From contig CM102290.1 in assembly GCA_046563655.1 (NCBI GenBank), positions 2,604,001-2,668,000 on the forward strand: a stretch of DNA of 64,000 nt. The letters run 5' to 3'. Source of the DNA: Yuukianura sp. NJ FZ-2021 (Eukaryota). Below the pieces are notes generated by a model that ran no database searches, was not told the DNA's origin, and saw only the letters and a program-made list of their open reading frames with translations. Below, one piece after another: positions 1 to 22,816 of this stretch (its first letter is position 1; each line of letters opens with the position of its first letter). Position numbers and translations under genes: made by a program.

Positions 1-192
1 CAGGTTGTCCAATAACTCGATGTTTTTTTTTCATGTTGTTAAATTCAAAAACTTTTTTTTTCCTATGGTAATTATTTTCATGCAAAGCAATTGGAGTTGA
101 GAAGAAAAATTATTTGAAGCAACATTTTTGCAAAACCCGAGTTATTGGACAACCTGTTGTAGGAAATAAAATTCGGTTGTCAAGGAACCTTG
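1..192. mobile_element. hAT-type MITE (subtype A), truncated by the window edge
   Basis: Perfect 19-bp inverted repeat CAGGTTGTCCAATAACTCG (1-19) / CGAGTTATTGGACAACCTG (about 138-156). Same right end ATTCGGTTGTCAAGGAACCTTG as the 1055-1341 copy. Confidence 0.75.
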
Positions 193-1054
193 AATAACAC
201 CAACCACGAACCTCTTATTCTTATTTTCTGCTTACATCTTGAACATTTTTCTAGTCTTTGGACTTGGAGTAAGTTGGGGCGAGGAATAAAGGAAAAAGAA
301 GATTGTCCATGAATTATGCAGGGCTCTCAACTTTCACTTTATAAATTATGAACTTTTGTATAATCCTCAAACAAAATACATCCGGAGTTGTTAGTACACT
401 TCCTATGGCTATGTGAGTATGTTATGGTACGAAGTTTTATAGGCCATTTACGCCGTGCATACACTTTCTTTGACTTTCACTTTTCTTTTCTGGCTTTTCT
501 GTAAGTTATGTTACGTTTTTCTTAGAGTAAAGCTTATGTACGTGGACTTTCGACAGGGAAATGGGATTAACCTTTAGAAGGTAATACCCCATAATCAACG
601 TGATAATTAGAGACTAGGAAGGCGGAAACTTGATTTTAAGAGGTCAGGCACAAATCCTGCCTTGGAGGTCTGGACGACCACCGCCTACGTTGTAACCTGT
701 GCACGTTCTGGATGGAACTCTTAAAGCTAAGGCCTGACAGCAGTCGTGGAACTGTCGCCAGGGACTCCGCAAACAACTCTTCCTACCTCCACTTTGTATT
801 CAAGGATAGGGACTTAGGGAGTTGTTGAAAAAAAAAGTAAGCTAGGGAAAGAGAAAAGAAAACGGAAGCTAAGAAGTAGCGGATATTCAGGAGCGGATCA
901 ATCATTTTCTGCGAAATATGCACGACGTCTTAATGGATTACATTCGAGAGAAGGAAATACACCGTTCGCTATAGAATTGGCGTTGAACACATGTTGAGAC
1001 TTAGATTCATGCCTTATCGTAGTAAGATGGTGTAGTTTCCAACTCTGAAAAAAC

Positions 1055-1341
1055 CAAGGTTCGTAAACAAAAGAAAACTTTTTCTACAACAGGTTGTCCA
1101 ATAACTCGGAATTTTCAATTTTTTTCAAAAATGAAACAGATTGAACTTCAAGTCCATTTCTATAGCAATTTTTATTTATTTTTTTTATTCCTATGCGATT
1201 TCAAGTGTTCAAAGTTTGGAGAAAACTGGGGAAGCATAAACAAAATTAGTGCAGAAATTTGTTTCAAGTAGGGGTTTTGGAAACCCTGATTTATTAGACA
1301 ACCTGCTGTAGGCAATACAATTCGGTTGTCAAGGAACCTTG
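1055..1341. mobile_element. hAT-type MITE (subtype A), 287 bp
   Basis: Ends CAAGGTTCGTAAACAA / TTGTCAAGGAACCTTG. Inner inverted repeat CTACAACAGGTTGTCCAATAA (1084-) vs TTATTAGACAACCTGCTGTAG (-1311). Flanks GAAAAAAC/AAAAGAAC match 6/8. Confidence 0.75.
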
Positions 1342-4300
1342 AAAAGAACATCAACAGCTTCCATTGCCTTCTTTACTTTGTTGGTTTCACTGAAAAATCT
1401 ATCCAAATTTTGAATAATAATACTGCGCGAGATTGTTCAATTTTGAAATTTTTTTTTTGAGAGATGTTGAGGATGCGGATGCTGGAAGCACTTTCTTTCT
1501 TTCTGTCTGTAGTAGTACTAATATAGGTACTAGTATACCAGCCTATTGATTATTTGCCATCCATTTGAGAGGAGAGACCACAGTTTGTGGCACAAAGTTC
1601 AAAAACCTTGTTTTTTTCCTATTTACGTTGTTATGCGCCTAGAAAAAAAATGGTTATGAGGCTTTATGTAACATACTTTGAAAAAGAGGAATTTGCATAG
1701 TTCCTCATGAAATTTTTTGAACGCGGGAAGGTAAAAAGTGTCGTTTGGCCCATATCTAGTTCAACCTCATTTTCGCCGCTGTTGTTTGCTATGTCATTTA
1801 TCCTTGTCGATCCTTGCCAAGTCGAGAGCACTTCAAAGGCTGCAGGCGTGACATTCACTAAAACACACCTTTACAAACACCAACACACAGTCCTTCACAA
1901 CCTCTAGAGATTCCTCTAAAAAGAACAAAATGTTAAAGTGATGTAGTGTACGGTTAAACTAAAATCCTTCACTTGTGAGGTCAAACAAGGTCAAATTGGT
2001 CACACGGGAGAAGTACAACACAATCACAAGTTACCAGACTTTTGACCGGAGTTTGTTGGTCATAAACCTTCGTCTTTTTTTTAACATTGAGCACAGTATT
2101 GGACACCTAAAAGAAAGTTCTAGATCAGCACGATTCCTGTCCTTTTTCACAGAACTTTCTTCAATGGACCTAAAAGCAGTGTAGTCAATTTGGGAAACAT
2201 GCGGAAAGAAGACAAAATGGAATTCATGCGTAGCATCAAATGGCTCGAGTTCACAAACTGCTGACGACATGATGATGTGTATAACGTGTTTCTGTTCACA
2301 TAAAAATCAAAGTTCAATTTATGTTAACCACTTCCAGTGTTCATAAAAATATGTGACTTAACTTTCCAAAGTGAAAGCAACCAAAGGTAGGCTCAAAGCA
2401 AACCCAACTTACCTTTTAATTTAACATAAAATTCTACAAAATTCTCTGAAATTTTTTAAACATTCTTTCTAAAAAAAACTTTGAAAGAAAAATTGTCTAA
2501 GGAAGATGAGAATTTTTTTTTAAAGCCCGGGTTTAAAACATCCCAAAGCAAATCCTAACTTTTAATAAGGTTGGATTTTTTAAACTTTTTTATGTAATTT
2601 TGCTTTCGGATGTAATAGTGTTCAGAGATTAAAGTTAGGTTTAGGTCACATGCGTTTAGATTTAAAAAAAAGTTCTGGGTCAAATTAAGAAATAGTTCAT
2701 CCTAAATTCTATTTTTCCTTAAAAATTTTGGTTTTTGTTTGTTGAATTTTGTTTTAGAATTTTGTAAATACGGAAGTGCGTCGAGGTCTCCAAGCACTTA
2801 AAAAGAAAAGACGCCGCTTTCTTGTGAACTACTTTGTAAAACCCACTAAGAACCTGTTTGACTCTGTTAGGAAAAGGAGGAGGACGGGCTTGGAACTTAA
2901 ATTCAAAATTATTTGAAGGAAAAATAAGTAAAAGTGGTAGTAGAGCGGAAGAATTTATTCAGTTAATGTAATACTCGTAGAAGTCCCTCTTCGCCTCTGG
3001 CTCTACTAACTTCTATTTTCAAAGACTTTCCTCATGAATCTTACATTTCCAAAAGCACTGCACTCTGATTACCATTTTATTCGGAGACCATCATCTCAAT
3101 TTACTTCGTGAAACGTAAAATTTCGAAGAACTAAATTTACTTTTTAAGTCCTTTTTTTCATTCGTTTGCTCCAGAATACTCGGATGAAAAAAAGATGAAA
3201 CAAGACTTTAGAAAAAGAGTTTTTTTTCTTTCTCAATCACCTCTTGTACCCATTTCTAAATTTTTTGTGTCCTCTAGAAGGCCGTCGTCTAAAATTAGCT
3301 TACTAGGATACTAGAATTAGGAAGTCTTAGGAGTGAGTTTTTTTTTATATAAAGTATAGGAGTCAAGCTAAAGGGAAATGGTTTGCGTTGTAGAAGACAC
3401 GTTCCGCAGTTATTCACTTGGAGCTGAAAGACTTTTTCCCAGCGCCTTCCGGATTTACATAACGAATCAAAACTTGGCCTCTGAAATTGTTGCAAATTGT
3501 TCCATGAAAATGCTAATAGGGAGCACTAGGACTGATGCTGGGTGCTTTCTCCCATCAGTTGTGAACGGCCCATTTCTCGACTGTTTGTCCCATATGTGAA
3601 CCCAACGTCATTGGAGTCATAAGGGCACTTGAGTGTTTCAAAAAAGTTTTCAAACTTTGTAACAATGGATGTTTTTTTCTAGAAATGTTCTCTCTGTAGT
3701 ACACAAGTCGGCATTTACAGTCCATTTCGGGCCTCTTTCTGGTAAGCACTAAAATGTACCACAACTGTGAAATCTCCTTGTCTATGCTCCAGCATTTGAG
3801 AAGTCGTTTTTGGTCTGGTTGTTGCTAAAACTACATCCCGTTCTTTGTGGGCGCCATGGTTCCCTTAAGTCCACGATTCCTTAAAGATTAGGAACCCATT
3901 GAAGGGGAAGGGAACGTGTGAGAAAGAGGCCAGGAAGCGTATATAATTTCTACTTGAGGGCAACCTACTTCTGCTTGAAGTGCCACAGGGGCTGCTGAGT
4001 CATGCTCAAACTGTTCTGTTTGGTTCAAGCAATGGCATCCGAACACAATTTCTTCTTGAATTATAAGTGAAAGCGAAGGAACTGTTTTCACATGCTTTCC
4101 AACCTAATGCTTCTACTACCTAAACAATGGGAACGTGGAAGTGAAAATTACATCTCTCACTTCAACTCCTTTCCAAACTTCAGTAGCGGTTAGATTAGGT
4201 AGCCCCACCTTACTTGTGGTGGGGCACTGGTACGAGGTGGCTCGCGGTGGTTCTCTTTATCTCTCACCTTTCACCCTCTTTTTCCGACATAATAACAATA

Positions 4301-4358
4301 AACTTATGGTGGGGAGAGGAGGCGGAGGGAAGGAAGCTCTTGCTGGAAGTTAAGGGGG

Positions 4359-4626
4359 CAAGGTTTGTTGACTTTGATTTTCTTTAACAGGTTGAGTAAT
4401 ACCTTATGTTTATTTTTTGATTTTGCAAAAAAAGAGTGCCTTTCATTTCATGGTATCGTAGTCATAACAATTCAGCCGAATTTTTTAAATTTTACACACG
4501 AATTGGTTACAAATGTTTTGAATTGGTACCAAAATTGGAACCATTTTTTTTTCATTTTTTAGCCAACAAGCGAGGTTAGTACTCAACCTATTAAAGAAAA
4601 CTCATTTTTGTTGTCGAGGAACCTTG
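4359..4626. mobile_element. hAT-type MITE (subtype B), 268 bp, reverse-complement copy of 56149-56391
   Basis: Starts CAAGGTTTGTTGAC and ends GTTGTCGAGGAACCTTG. Internal CTTTCATTTCATGGTATCGTAGTCATAACAAT is the reverse complement of the 56.3-kb copy. The TSD is obscured by a poly-G flank. Confidence 0.85.
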
Positions 4627-7600
4627 AGGGGGGGGGGGACTTGGCGGTTAGTGTTGTAAGGCTGGGGTCCAGTCTATCCAGCCTGTCTTGTCTAACTGGG
4701 CTGCTGGAGATGGGTGTTTGGTGGGTCCTTTTGAAGACGATGGGCTAAAAATAGAGTGGAAGCGATCAATGGAAGGAGCCAGGGCTTTCCACAAAGAAAA
4801 GGAAGCTGTCCTCCCATCCTGCTTTCTCTTCCCGCCATTTCTTTTCTCGTTAACTTTCTTCCTTTTTTCATTTTGACCAAGGAGAAGATGGGGAAGGTCC
4901 CTCAAACTGGCGTTACCCTTCGCCTCGGTGACTCGTTCAACCTAAAACTTAATGACGACCTGCCATAAATGTTCGCTGGAAAGAAACAAGTGCTTTTCAT
5001 TCCGGTTCAGACTGTACAAGACCCTGAAGATATTTTTTGGACCAGCATCAACAAAAAACTTTCTTATTTCCATTTATATTTGGTAATCTTAGACTCTCGT
5101 GTTTTGCTCGGGAGGTCGTACCATTTGAAGGCACTAAATTCTTAAGTGAAATAATGCCTCCGGGGTATTCTCTACAAAAACGGTGGCAATTTTACTAAAA
5201 AGGAAGGAACACATAAGCTTTCCCTCATATTCAAGATTTAGATATAACTCGCGTTCCCAATAACACGGTTTTTTGTAAAATTAGAACCAGAAATTTTGTT
5301 TGAAAATTATCCAAAAATTAAAAAAAAAAACACGTATCAGACGAACTTTTGTTTGAAATTTTTCACAAATTATCTCAAAACAAAAACAGTGACGAGGATA
5401 CACTTACAAGTGTATTTCAGTCTCGCTTTTTCTTTTCCAAAAACCGAGTTTTGTTCAGAACAACAAGAAAGCAATTTGGACAATCGCAGCTAACTTAAAA
5501 GAAAGCAAACAAAAACTTGGAACAGCTTCAACCGCATCGTTCAGAATTCAGAGAACGAAACAATAATGTAAATTGTTCAATTTCAAAAATTTTTAAGGTG
5601 TACCATGTGGTAGTTGTCGGCTACCCAGAAAAATAGTATTCTACTTTTTTTTAAACATAACAAAAGTGATTTTAAATTTTGTTTTATGCTCTCTAAAATT
5701 TTTTGTCGCGACGTGCGTGTCACTTTTGTGTCTCATTGTCTCTTTTATCAACCTTGTCTCAAAAATTTTGATCTTTTCTTCTTGTATGGTGCGACCGACA
5801 CTCTGTGCCAAAAAAAAACTTTTCCGAAAAGTCTGCACATTGTTTTGAAACTATTTCTTCTGGTTTTGATTAACTTCCAATTCTCTTGATATCCAAGGAC
5901 TCTTTGCAATTATACAATTGTGCAGTTAAACAGTAATGAACGGTTTGAAATATCTAAAAAAAATTCAATTTGAAAACCACTGTTTTCAGCTCCCAAATTT
6001 TCAAAATTTTGAATAAAGCGCATCGCATAGTCCCTTGGAACTCGCATGCTGTTCTGTCGTAAGTATATTTCAGTTGAAATTAATTGCACAAAAGATGATG
6101 AGACACGAAATTATTTTGGGATTGAGAACTCAACAGTACGAAAATCTTCATGTATTCTTCTCTTGCTTTTCCAAAAACATCAAAAACTGTCACAATTCCG
6201 CAAAAAGGTTCTGAATGCAGCATCATCAATCATTGTTCCTATCCTTCCACCCATTAGATGCTTCTAGTTTTTGGTCATCCAATGGATCCGAATTCCTTTT
6301 ACATCGGCAGCAGAGAAACTGTACCGCCATTTCCTGAGCCAATTCTGAACAAGTTGAGGTCCATAGTGTTCTGGAAGCGGCGGAAGCTACATGCTTCATG
6401 GTGGTGAATAGGATTTGAAAAAGAGGGAAAAGTGAAGTCAACGCCACAATTCGAATCTGTTGGCGCCCTTTGATCCAAATGTTATATTTTTGTAGAGGAT
6501 GGGTTCCAAAATGGAGAATTCGACGTCTATTGTATCACATGTAGGTTGAAGTAGAATTGCTACTTTCTATGCAAAGGAAAGTGTGTGTAAGGAGGCAAGG
6601 ATTTATTTCAAGTCGAGAAAAACATACCTTAATAAGAGGAAATAAGTTCTACTCTGGACAAGAAAACTGGTTTAGCATACGTCAAAAAAAATAAATCTTG
6701 TCACAGTGTTTTCTGCCTGTCAGAAGCATGAGAAAGAGAGAGAAACGTTGGACGAATAATAAGTTGGTACCATATGTGTCTCTTTTCAAATCAAAATGGA
6801 AGAATAATTTCAGCTACTGTATAGCAAAGGTGTAAAAAAAATGGATCCAAACTTTTCAAGTACTAAACGTTTCGACTTTTCATAAAACAAAACATTTTTG
6901 CTTCGTTTTCTCCATTTAACTGAAGTTGAATTTGTTTTTAACGGTAAATGGTGTCAAGAACGCATTCATCATTGTCTTCCTCTTCCAAAAATGTTACGAT
7001 TGGAATCGATTTTTAGATTTTGAGCATTGTGAACTCTGAACTTTTGGTTCTAGAGTTCATTGATCTCTGGAACATTGTTTTCACTCTAATATGAAAAAGG
7101 TATACAGAAGATTAAAAGTTGTACTATATAGTCCGGTTAGACTCGGAAATTGACGACAATAATCCTATGGGATTTGAAGATCTTATCTCAAAAATCCGAA
7201 GTCACTGAAATTACACTTTTGTCTTGTTGATAATGTGTGAGAAAGGAGATCAATTTCCGTCGTTCTTTGGCCAATTTTTTTTCTACAAAAGCGTTCTTTT
7301 TGGTGGAAGTAAAAGAAAATGGAAAAGAAAGTTTGAGTTTTTATTTGCGAACGCTTGGCAGCGTCAGGGCAAGATGTCTGAAGCTTTCTCTCACTCTCTC
7401 CCGTCCAAGTCATAACAGTGGTCTGACCTTTTAGTTTCCCTTGGAGAATTCAATGGACTTTCTTTTTATGAGACTTTGTTCTCTGTTCAGCCAGAGAAGG
7501 TCCTTAAGGCTCCCTGACCTTCCTATAGTCCTTGCATGTCCATCTCTCAACTTAGCTTTTGGAACGAACTTGCCACTTTCTATATATTTTCTGATGGACT

Positions 7601-10600
7601 TGATTTTTTGGCCAAGTTCCATACTTTTTTCATCTTTTTTCTTACTCCGTTTTTTATTAGGATTATCCAACTTACCGCTGTTGGCACATCTCCCGTCTTA
7701 TTTCTATTCATTGACCTCATCCCATTCTACTTCTGCAGCCTTGTAGTAAGTCATTGATCACTTTCCCCCCTTTCTCTTTTGCCCATTCAGGAAACCATTT
7801 TCACTTTTACCAAAAATTGGTTTTCGACAAACTGAAATAAGGTCTGTAAAACGAGTTGAGCAAAGCTTCTTTCTCCATTATCGGGAGGTTAGGTTTCTAC
7901 GGATTGTAGATTTGATCTGTAGCACAGTAATGTTAGTTATGTCTATTTTTTAACACTTGTATTCCAGTTGAGTTGCTGAATTCTTCATTTTCTGAAAAAG
8001 AACTGTTTTTGAAGGTTCATTTTAAACATGAATTGCATTTGTTAAACTTAGGCACAGAGTGTTAGGGCTCTGCCTTGAGCTTAAGGATTTTGCTATCAAC
8101 ATCAATCTTATTCAGGATCTGGTTTTCGAAATCTAAAATTTTCGACTTCAATCCAAAAAAAAATCGGAATAAAAGCCAAGGCATCTTTGGAGAAAATTTG
8201 AATTTTTTGATATAAAAGGAAAGGTGGACATTTGTAGCAAAAAAAAATTTTTTTTAGTAACTTTTGGAGTGAAAAAAAATCCCACTTTTTACGGTGTAAG
8301 AATGATGTAAAAAAAAATTTGGATGCTCTTTCACAAAAAAAAATCACCCAATGAATTTAGTTTGCCTTGCCTTGGTGTAGAAAAAATAAATTGGAAAGAG
8401 TGGAGGAGCATTTTTAGTTTTTGTGTGCTCCTGCGCAGGTTGACTCCATCATTGCTCTGTGGCTCTAATTTTAAATTAAAAGAAAGCCAAAGTTTAGATC
8501 CTTAAGAGGGTCATTAAGAAGTTTTTAATAGAAAAGTAATTCCTTAATCTCACTTTCACAGAGCCACAGTAGTCTTCAATTTAGGCTACAAACTTTCTTA
8601 GAACTTTCCATCCAAAGTTTAGTAGATCTAGATATGTTCTACACCAGTCGCCTCTGTGTTCAATTTAAACCAAAAGCAAGGACTTTTAGACCACCAAGGT
8701 TTATGGCTCACGAACAGGCAGAAAAAAATTAGTATCCTTCCTCTGTAAACTAACTACTACTAAAACTAACAGTAAAACGAGTGACGCCATCACACCATAG
8801 TCTATTTTTGGCACAGCTTTTCTTCCAAAGACTTTGCCTTCCAGTCAAAATCCGCAAATAATGGTCATCTTTGACCCAGTTAGCTTTTGAGGAGAGGCAT
8901 GAGTATAGATTTTGGATCCTTTGATGATCAAATGAGGTCTCAAAAGCAGGAGCAGCCAGTACCACTATTGATCAAGTCAAATTGAATTTTGAAAAGTTGA
9001 CGTCAGAGCGGAGTCGGAACGTGGGGCCTAGGGATAGCGTTGGTTTTTCAATTCGAGCAGAAAATTGAGCCAAAAGTTCCCCGAAATCCGAAAAGTACCT
9101 TTCCGCTCCAAAGAGGTTTCCCATCCGGAACTCTCCGTCCGACTTTTCTTGCATACCAAAACACTAGAATCCAAACAAGAACGACGACGACACAAAGTTG
9201 GGCTTTACTGCTGTCGTCCACAACCGGAATCCCAAATTTCGAGAAAAGTTTTGGAAAGAAATTGTGGTTAGTCCCAAGATTTTACGAATGCTATTGTTGT
9301 TCTGGTTTTGGATTTATTTTTAGTTTAGTTTTGGGTGAAAATCGTACCAAAAATAACAAAAAAAAAACAATACTTTTTTGAAATATTTTTTACTACTACT
9401 GCAAACAGTTCCACACTAAATTTGAGAAACCTCAAATCCCACACAACTAAAAACAACAAAAAGAAGAAACCGTAAAAGTTTGTCTGTTTTCTAAAAATTC
9501 AATAAAAGTTTCTACAAATTTTATGTTACTTGTTTACATTTAGAAGTTTTGGCACAAAGGAAAGAAATTTTGTTTTGGAAATTTAAAAATTATTGTAGAA
9601 TGCAAAAAAATTTTGAAATTCCAAGCTGTAGTGGCATACATCTTTGTTTTTTCGGACACATATGTAATATATGCCATTTAATTGACTTACAGTTAACTTT
9701 GGGATAATGATAATTGTAGTATTACTCTGCTAGACTGTATTGATTGCCATGTTGCATGTTAGACGATGGCATTGTTCTTCGTCATGCCAAAATTTTTACG
9801 CCAATGGGTAAAAACAGTGACATAGGTAGAGAAGAATAAGGTAATCACAATAAAAAAAAAGAGAAAGTAAAAGGGAACTTTTTCAAAATTTGGGCATGCA
9901 TTTTATTTTGTCAAGCATTTGGAACAGTTTTTACTACCTCAGTGCATTTGTAAAAACAGAAACAACACTGCGTTGAGTTTCCATTTTTTTGTTTTCGAAC
10001 TATTCTAGAACGGTTTTCTCTTCGGAGGTTTTGTATTCGGTCGGTCCGTCGGTAAAGTTGGTGAGTCCTTGAGTAAGTGGACTTTTTAAGTTTCGTGACA
10101 AGGAAACATTTCAGAATCTTTCATGTTTCATGCTGAGAGATATAAATGAGGCGGGAAATCCAAGCAATACAATGATAAATAGTTGTGGATGTTCCGACTA
10201 CTGCTGCTTCTTCCAAACTTTGTTCCAAGTCCTGTTAAAGGGACTGTCTGCCCTAGTCTGCCTAGGTCGCCATTGGTACAGTACAGACTTACATACTATC
10301 CCCTAACTCCCGCCAAAATTCAATTAAAGAAATCCTCCTTTGTTTGTTTAACAACCCAGTGGACCAAGCTCCTTTCAAATTTTCCGCTTTTGCAGAATAG
10401 TACAAAGATTGTGTTAGCACAAAGGTGATGCCAAGCGGCGTTGAAATTGAAAAATCCGCCTAAAATCTCCAACTTCCAAAAAAAACAAAACATTAATTTT
10501 TGTGCGGGAATTGCGGAAATTCTGGCGTTTTGAAATTGTGAAAGTGATGACAGGAAGAACTGGGAATAAATATAGTTATCTACTCAACACTTTTTAGAAA

Positions 10601-12826
10601 AGTGGAGTTTTAAGGTTGGGCGTTTTGATAGTGTTATTTTTGTGTTCCATTTTGTACTTAAGTAACACCGTCTGGATTTTTAAACTCCCTCGGCGCCATT
10701 TTACGTTCTTCCAAGGCCTCACAGTTTCATTTTGAAAGTTTTATTTCCGGCTTGTCCAACGAGACTGACTGAACAAAACGAAAGTTGGAATTGAAAAGTT
10801 TAGAAATGATCGAATGGAGAAAGCAGGGGAAAATCAAAGAAAGTTTAGAAACTGATGGACTGAGACAAAGTTTGTGAGAGTTTGGTGGTGGTGGTGCCCT
10901 GACAGTGACTTTTTCTTCTATTATTAAAGTTGGATTCGTCATTAGTTTTCAAAGTAGGACAGAATCAATTTCGAGTGAAGTAGGAGCCCATTTTTCCATT
11001 TGATTTGTTCGTGTACTTTGAGCAGCGAAGGATCTGATTGAGTAAATGGTAGTTGCTTGACCACTTCTATCTCGGGAGAAACCATCTGTAACTATCTGGA
11101 GCATGAAGTGCTAAGACCAAAGGCTCCGTTTGGCGCAATCTCTTTGCATTGAAGGCTCTTGGATCTTATTCTTTTGTTGATCTGCCAGGTTCCATTTATC
11201 TTCTGCCCATCGTCCATTGTACACTTCTGTCTTCCTTTTATAAATTTGATTTGACCTTTGCCCTCTCCAAGCATTTAGAACTTCCAGGTTCCCGCCGAAT
11301 TTCTCTTTTTCATTTACGTCAGTTGAGGTTAGTAGAATCTCCATTTTATCCAGCTTTCACCAATCTTTTAGCACACGAAAACCAAAACTGTGAAATAGTT
11401 CCCACAAAAAATCTGTTAATTTCACTCAAATTTTAAAGTTTCGCTATGAAAGTATAAAGTTTTAAATTTATGTTGCAGTTTTCATACTTTTTTTTAATGA
11501 AAAACGGATTCCGTTTCCTTTTTTGGTATATTTAAACCCAGAAAAAGTGGTTTTTTGGAGTTCATTTGTCTGTTGTTGTGGTTTCGACTTTATTTTGGAA
11601 AGTGCCTTTAGGTTTTTGTGAAACGTTAAAGTAAAAGTGGTACTACTACTCTTAATGCTCAGGCTATTCGGCAGCAGTAAGCTGAGCTAGATCGTTCTGA
11701 GGTTAGGCTTGGTTTGGCTTCCTCAGTTGTTCCTAGCTCTAGTGATGAAAATGGTGGCGGATGGAGGGTAACGATTAGTCAGAAAGTAGGCTTTCCTGTT
11801 GAGCTAAGCACTTTTGCAAATAGGAAACTACTGGAAGGGACTTGGAAGGAATTGAACCAATATCCAAAAAAAGTAAGTAAAGAAAGGAGAAAATCAATGA
11901 GATTTCTCTCCTCTTTCTTCGCTTCCTTGTTAAGGAAAGGAGAAAGCAACCAAGAGAAACAAAGGGTCGTCCGTTCCCATGGTTACCGTTACAAAGAAAA
12001 GATGGAGACGTCAGATACGGAACAAAGAAAAAAACTTCTTTAATATCATATGGATATTAAAGAAAAAAAGACTCCGTGCCTTCTTGCGGCAAAGCACTCA
12101 AGATTCATATCAGCCTCTTTAGGCTTAACATGTAATAAGAAATTTTGACAGCAGAGAGCTTACTTTCTTCGCTGACAATTTATTAGGTTACTCACTAGAT
12201 CAGAGTAGTGGACGTTATTAAATCAAGTAGTTTTGGTAAAGGAGACTCAAGTTTTGCACACACCATCATATCAGTCATCATCATCAGTAGAAAGAAGGCT
12301 TGTCATCTTCAAAACCTTATCAAGTGCAAAGTAAAAGTAAACAACTGAACCTCATTTTATAGACTACACAAGCAGAAAGATTCTTCTTTCAAAAGAAAGT
12401 TTTCGGTACAAAGAAAAATGAAAAAAGTCTAAAGATTTTTTTTCTTCCTTCCTCCTGTCTCAAATCATTTTAAAGATTTTGAAACATTTTAGACACTTAC
12501 GGTTTGATGTATGAGAAGGAAAAAAAAAGTTCCTGGGTAGATTTCAAATCATGACTTTAGTATACGAGAAAAAATACTTTAAAAAAAATTCTTCCTGAAC
12601 AATTCTGAACTCTTTTGCAGTAATGGTGAAAGTGAAAGTGTGAGAAAGTTGAAGGAGAAAGTTCTTCTCGTGTGATTGATTCTTTCAAACTTTTTGATTC
12701 TTTCGTAAAGGAAAAGTTAAAAAATAAAAAAATTACCTTCGAGATTTTTTTGGCTAACGGGGAACAGTAAGAGGAGAAAGTTCCTGGATAGAGCTTGTTT
12801 CCTACACTAACCTTAAATTTAGTTAA

Positions 12827-22488
<9,662 letters not shown>

Positions 22489-22644
22489 ACCCACTCCCTC
22501 AATCCGGGTTAACAACGTTAGTCATCACATCTAGGTTAAGCGTACAACGGCTGTTCAGACAACAACGTCAACCCCCACCGGTTCTAAACCTCAAATCTAT
22601 GTTAAACCTAACGCAAATACTCGTACCTTCTCTAGAGGTTCTAT

Positions 22645-22816
22645 GTCATTAGCGCCAAAACAATAAGCGCGAATTCCACACGCCGGCAACACTGAACCTA
22701 CGCTACCAATGAATCCTAACACGCCCTTTTAGAAAACCTAACCTACACCCCAATAAGGTTCAGTTCCACTGTTGCCAACTTGCTGAATTCGCGCTTCTTG
22801 TTTTCGCGCTAATGAC
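22645..22816 (+). repeat. Imperfect inverted repeat / long RNA hairpin in the inferred Shal 3' UTR
   Basis: 22645-22676 pairs with 22785-22816 (30/32), 22685-22691 with 22770-22776, and 22692-22699 with 22756-22763; 56-nt loop. Confidence 0.85.

Noticed and set aside
7183..12043. Short ORFs in the Shal intron (e.g. 7441-7746, 9040-9381, 11714-12043)
   Set aside because: Mostly non-ATG starts, low-complexity F/L/K composition and no domain signatures; expected by chance.
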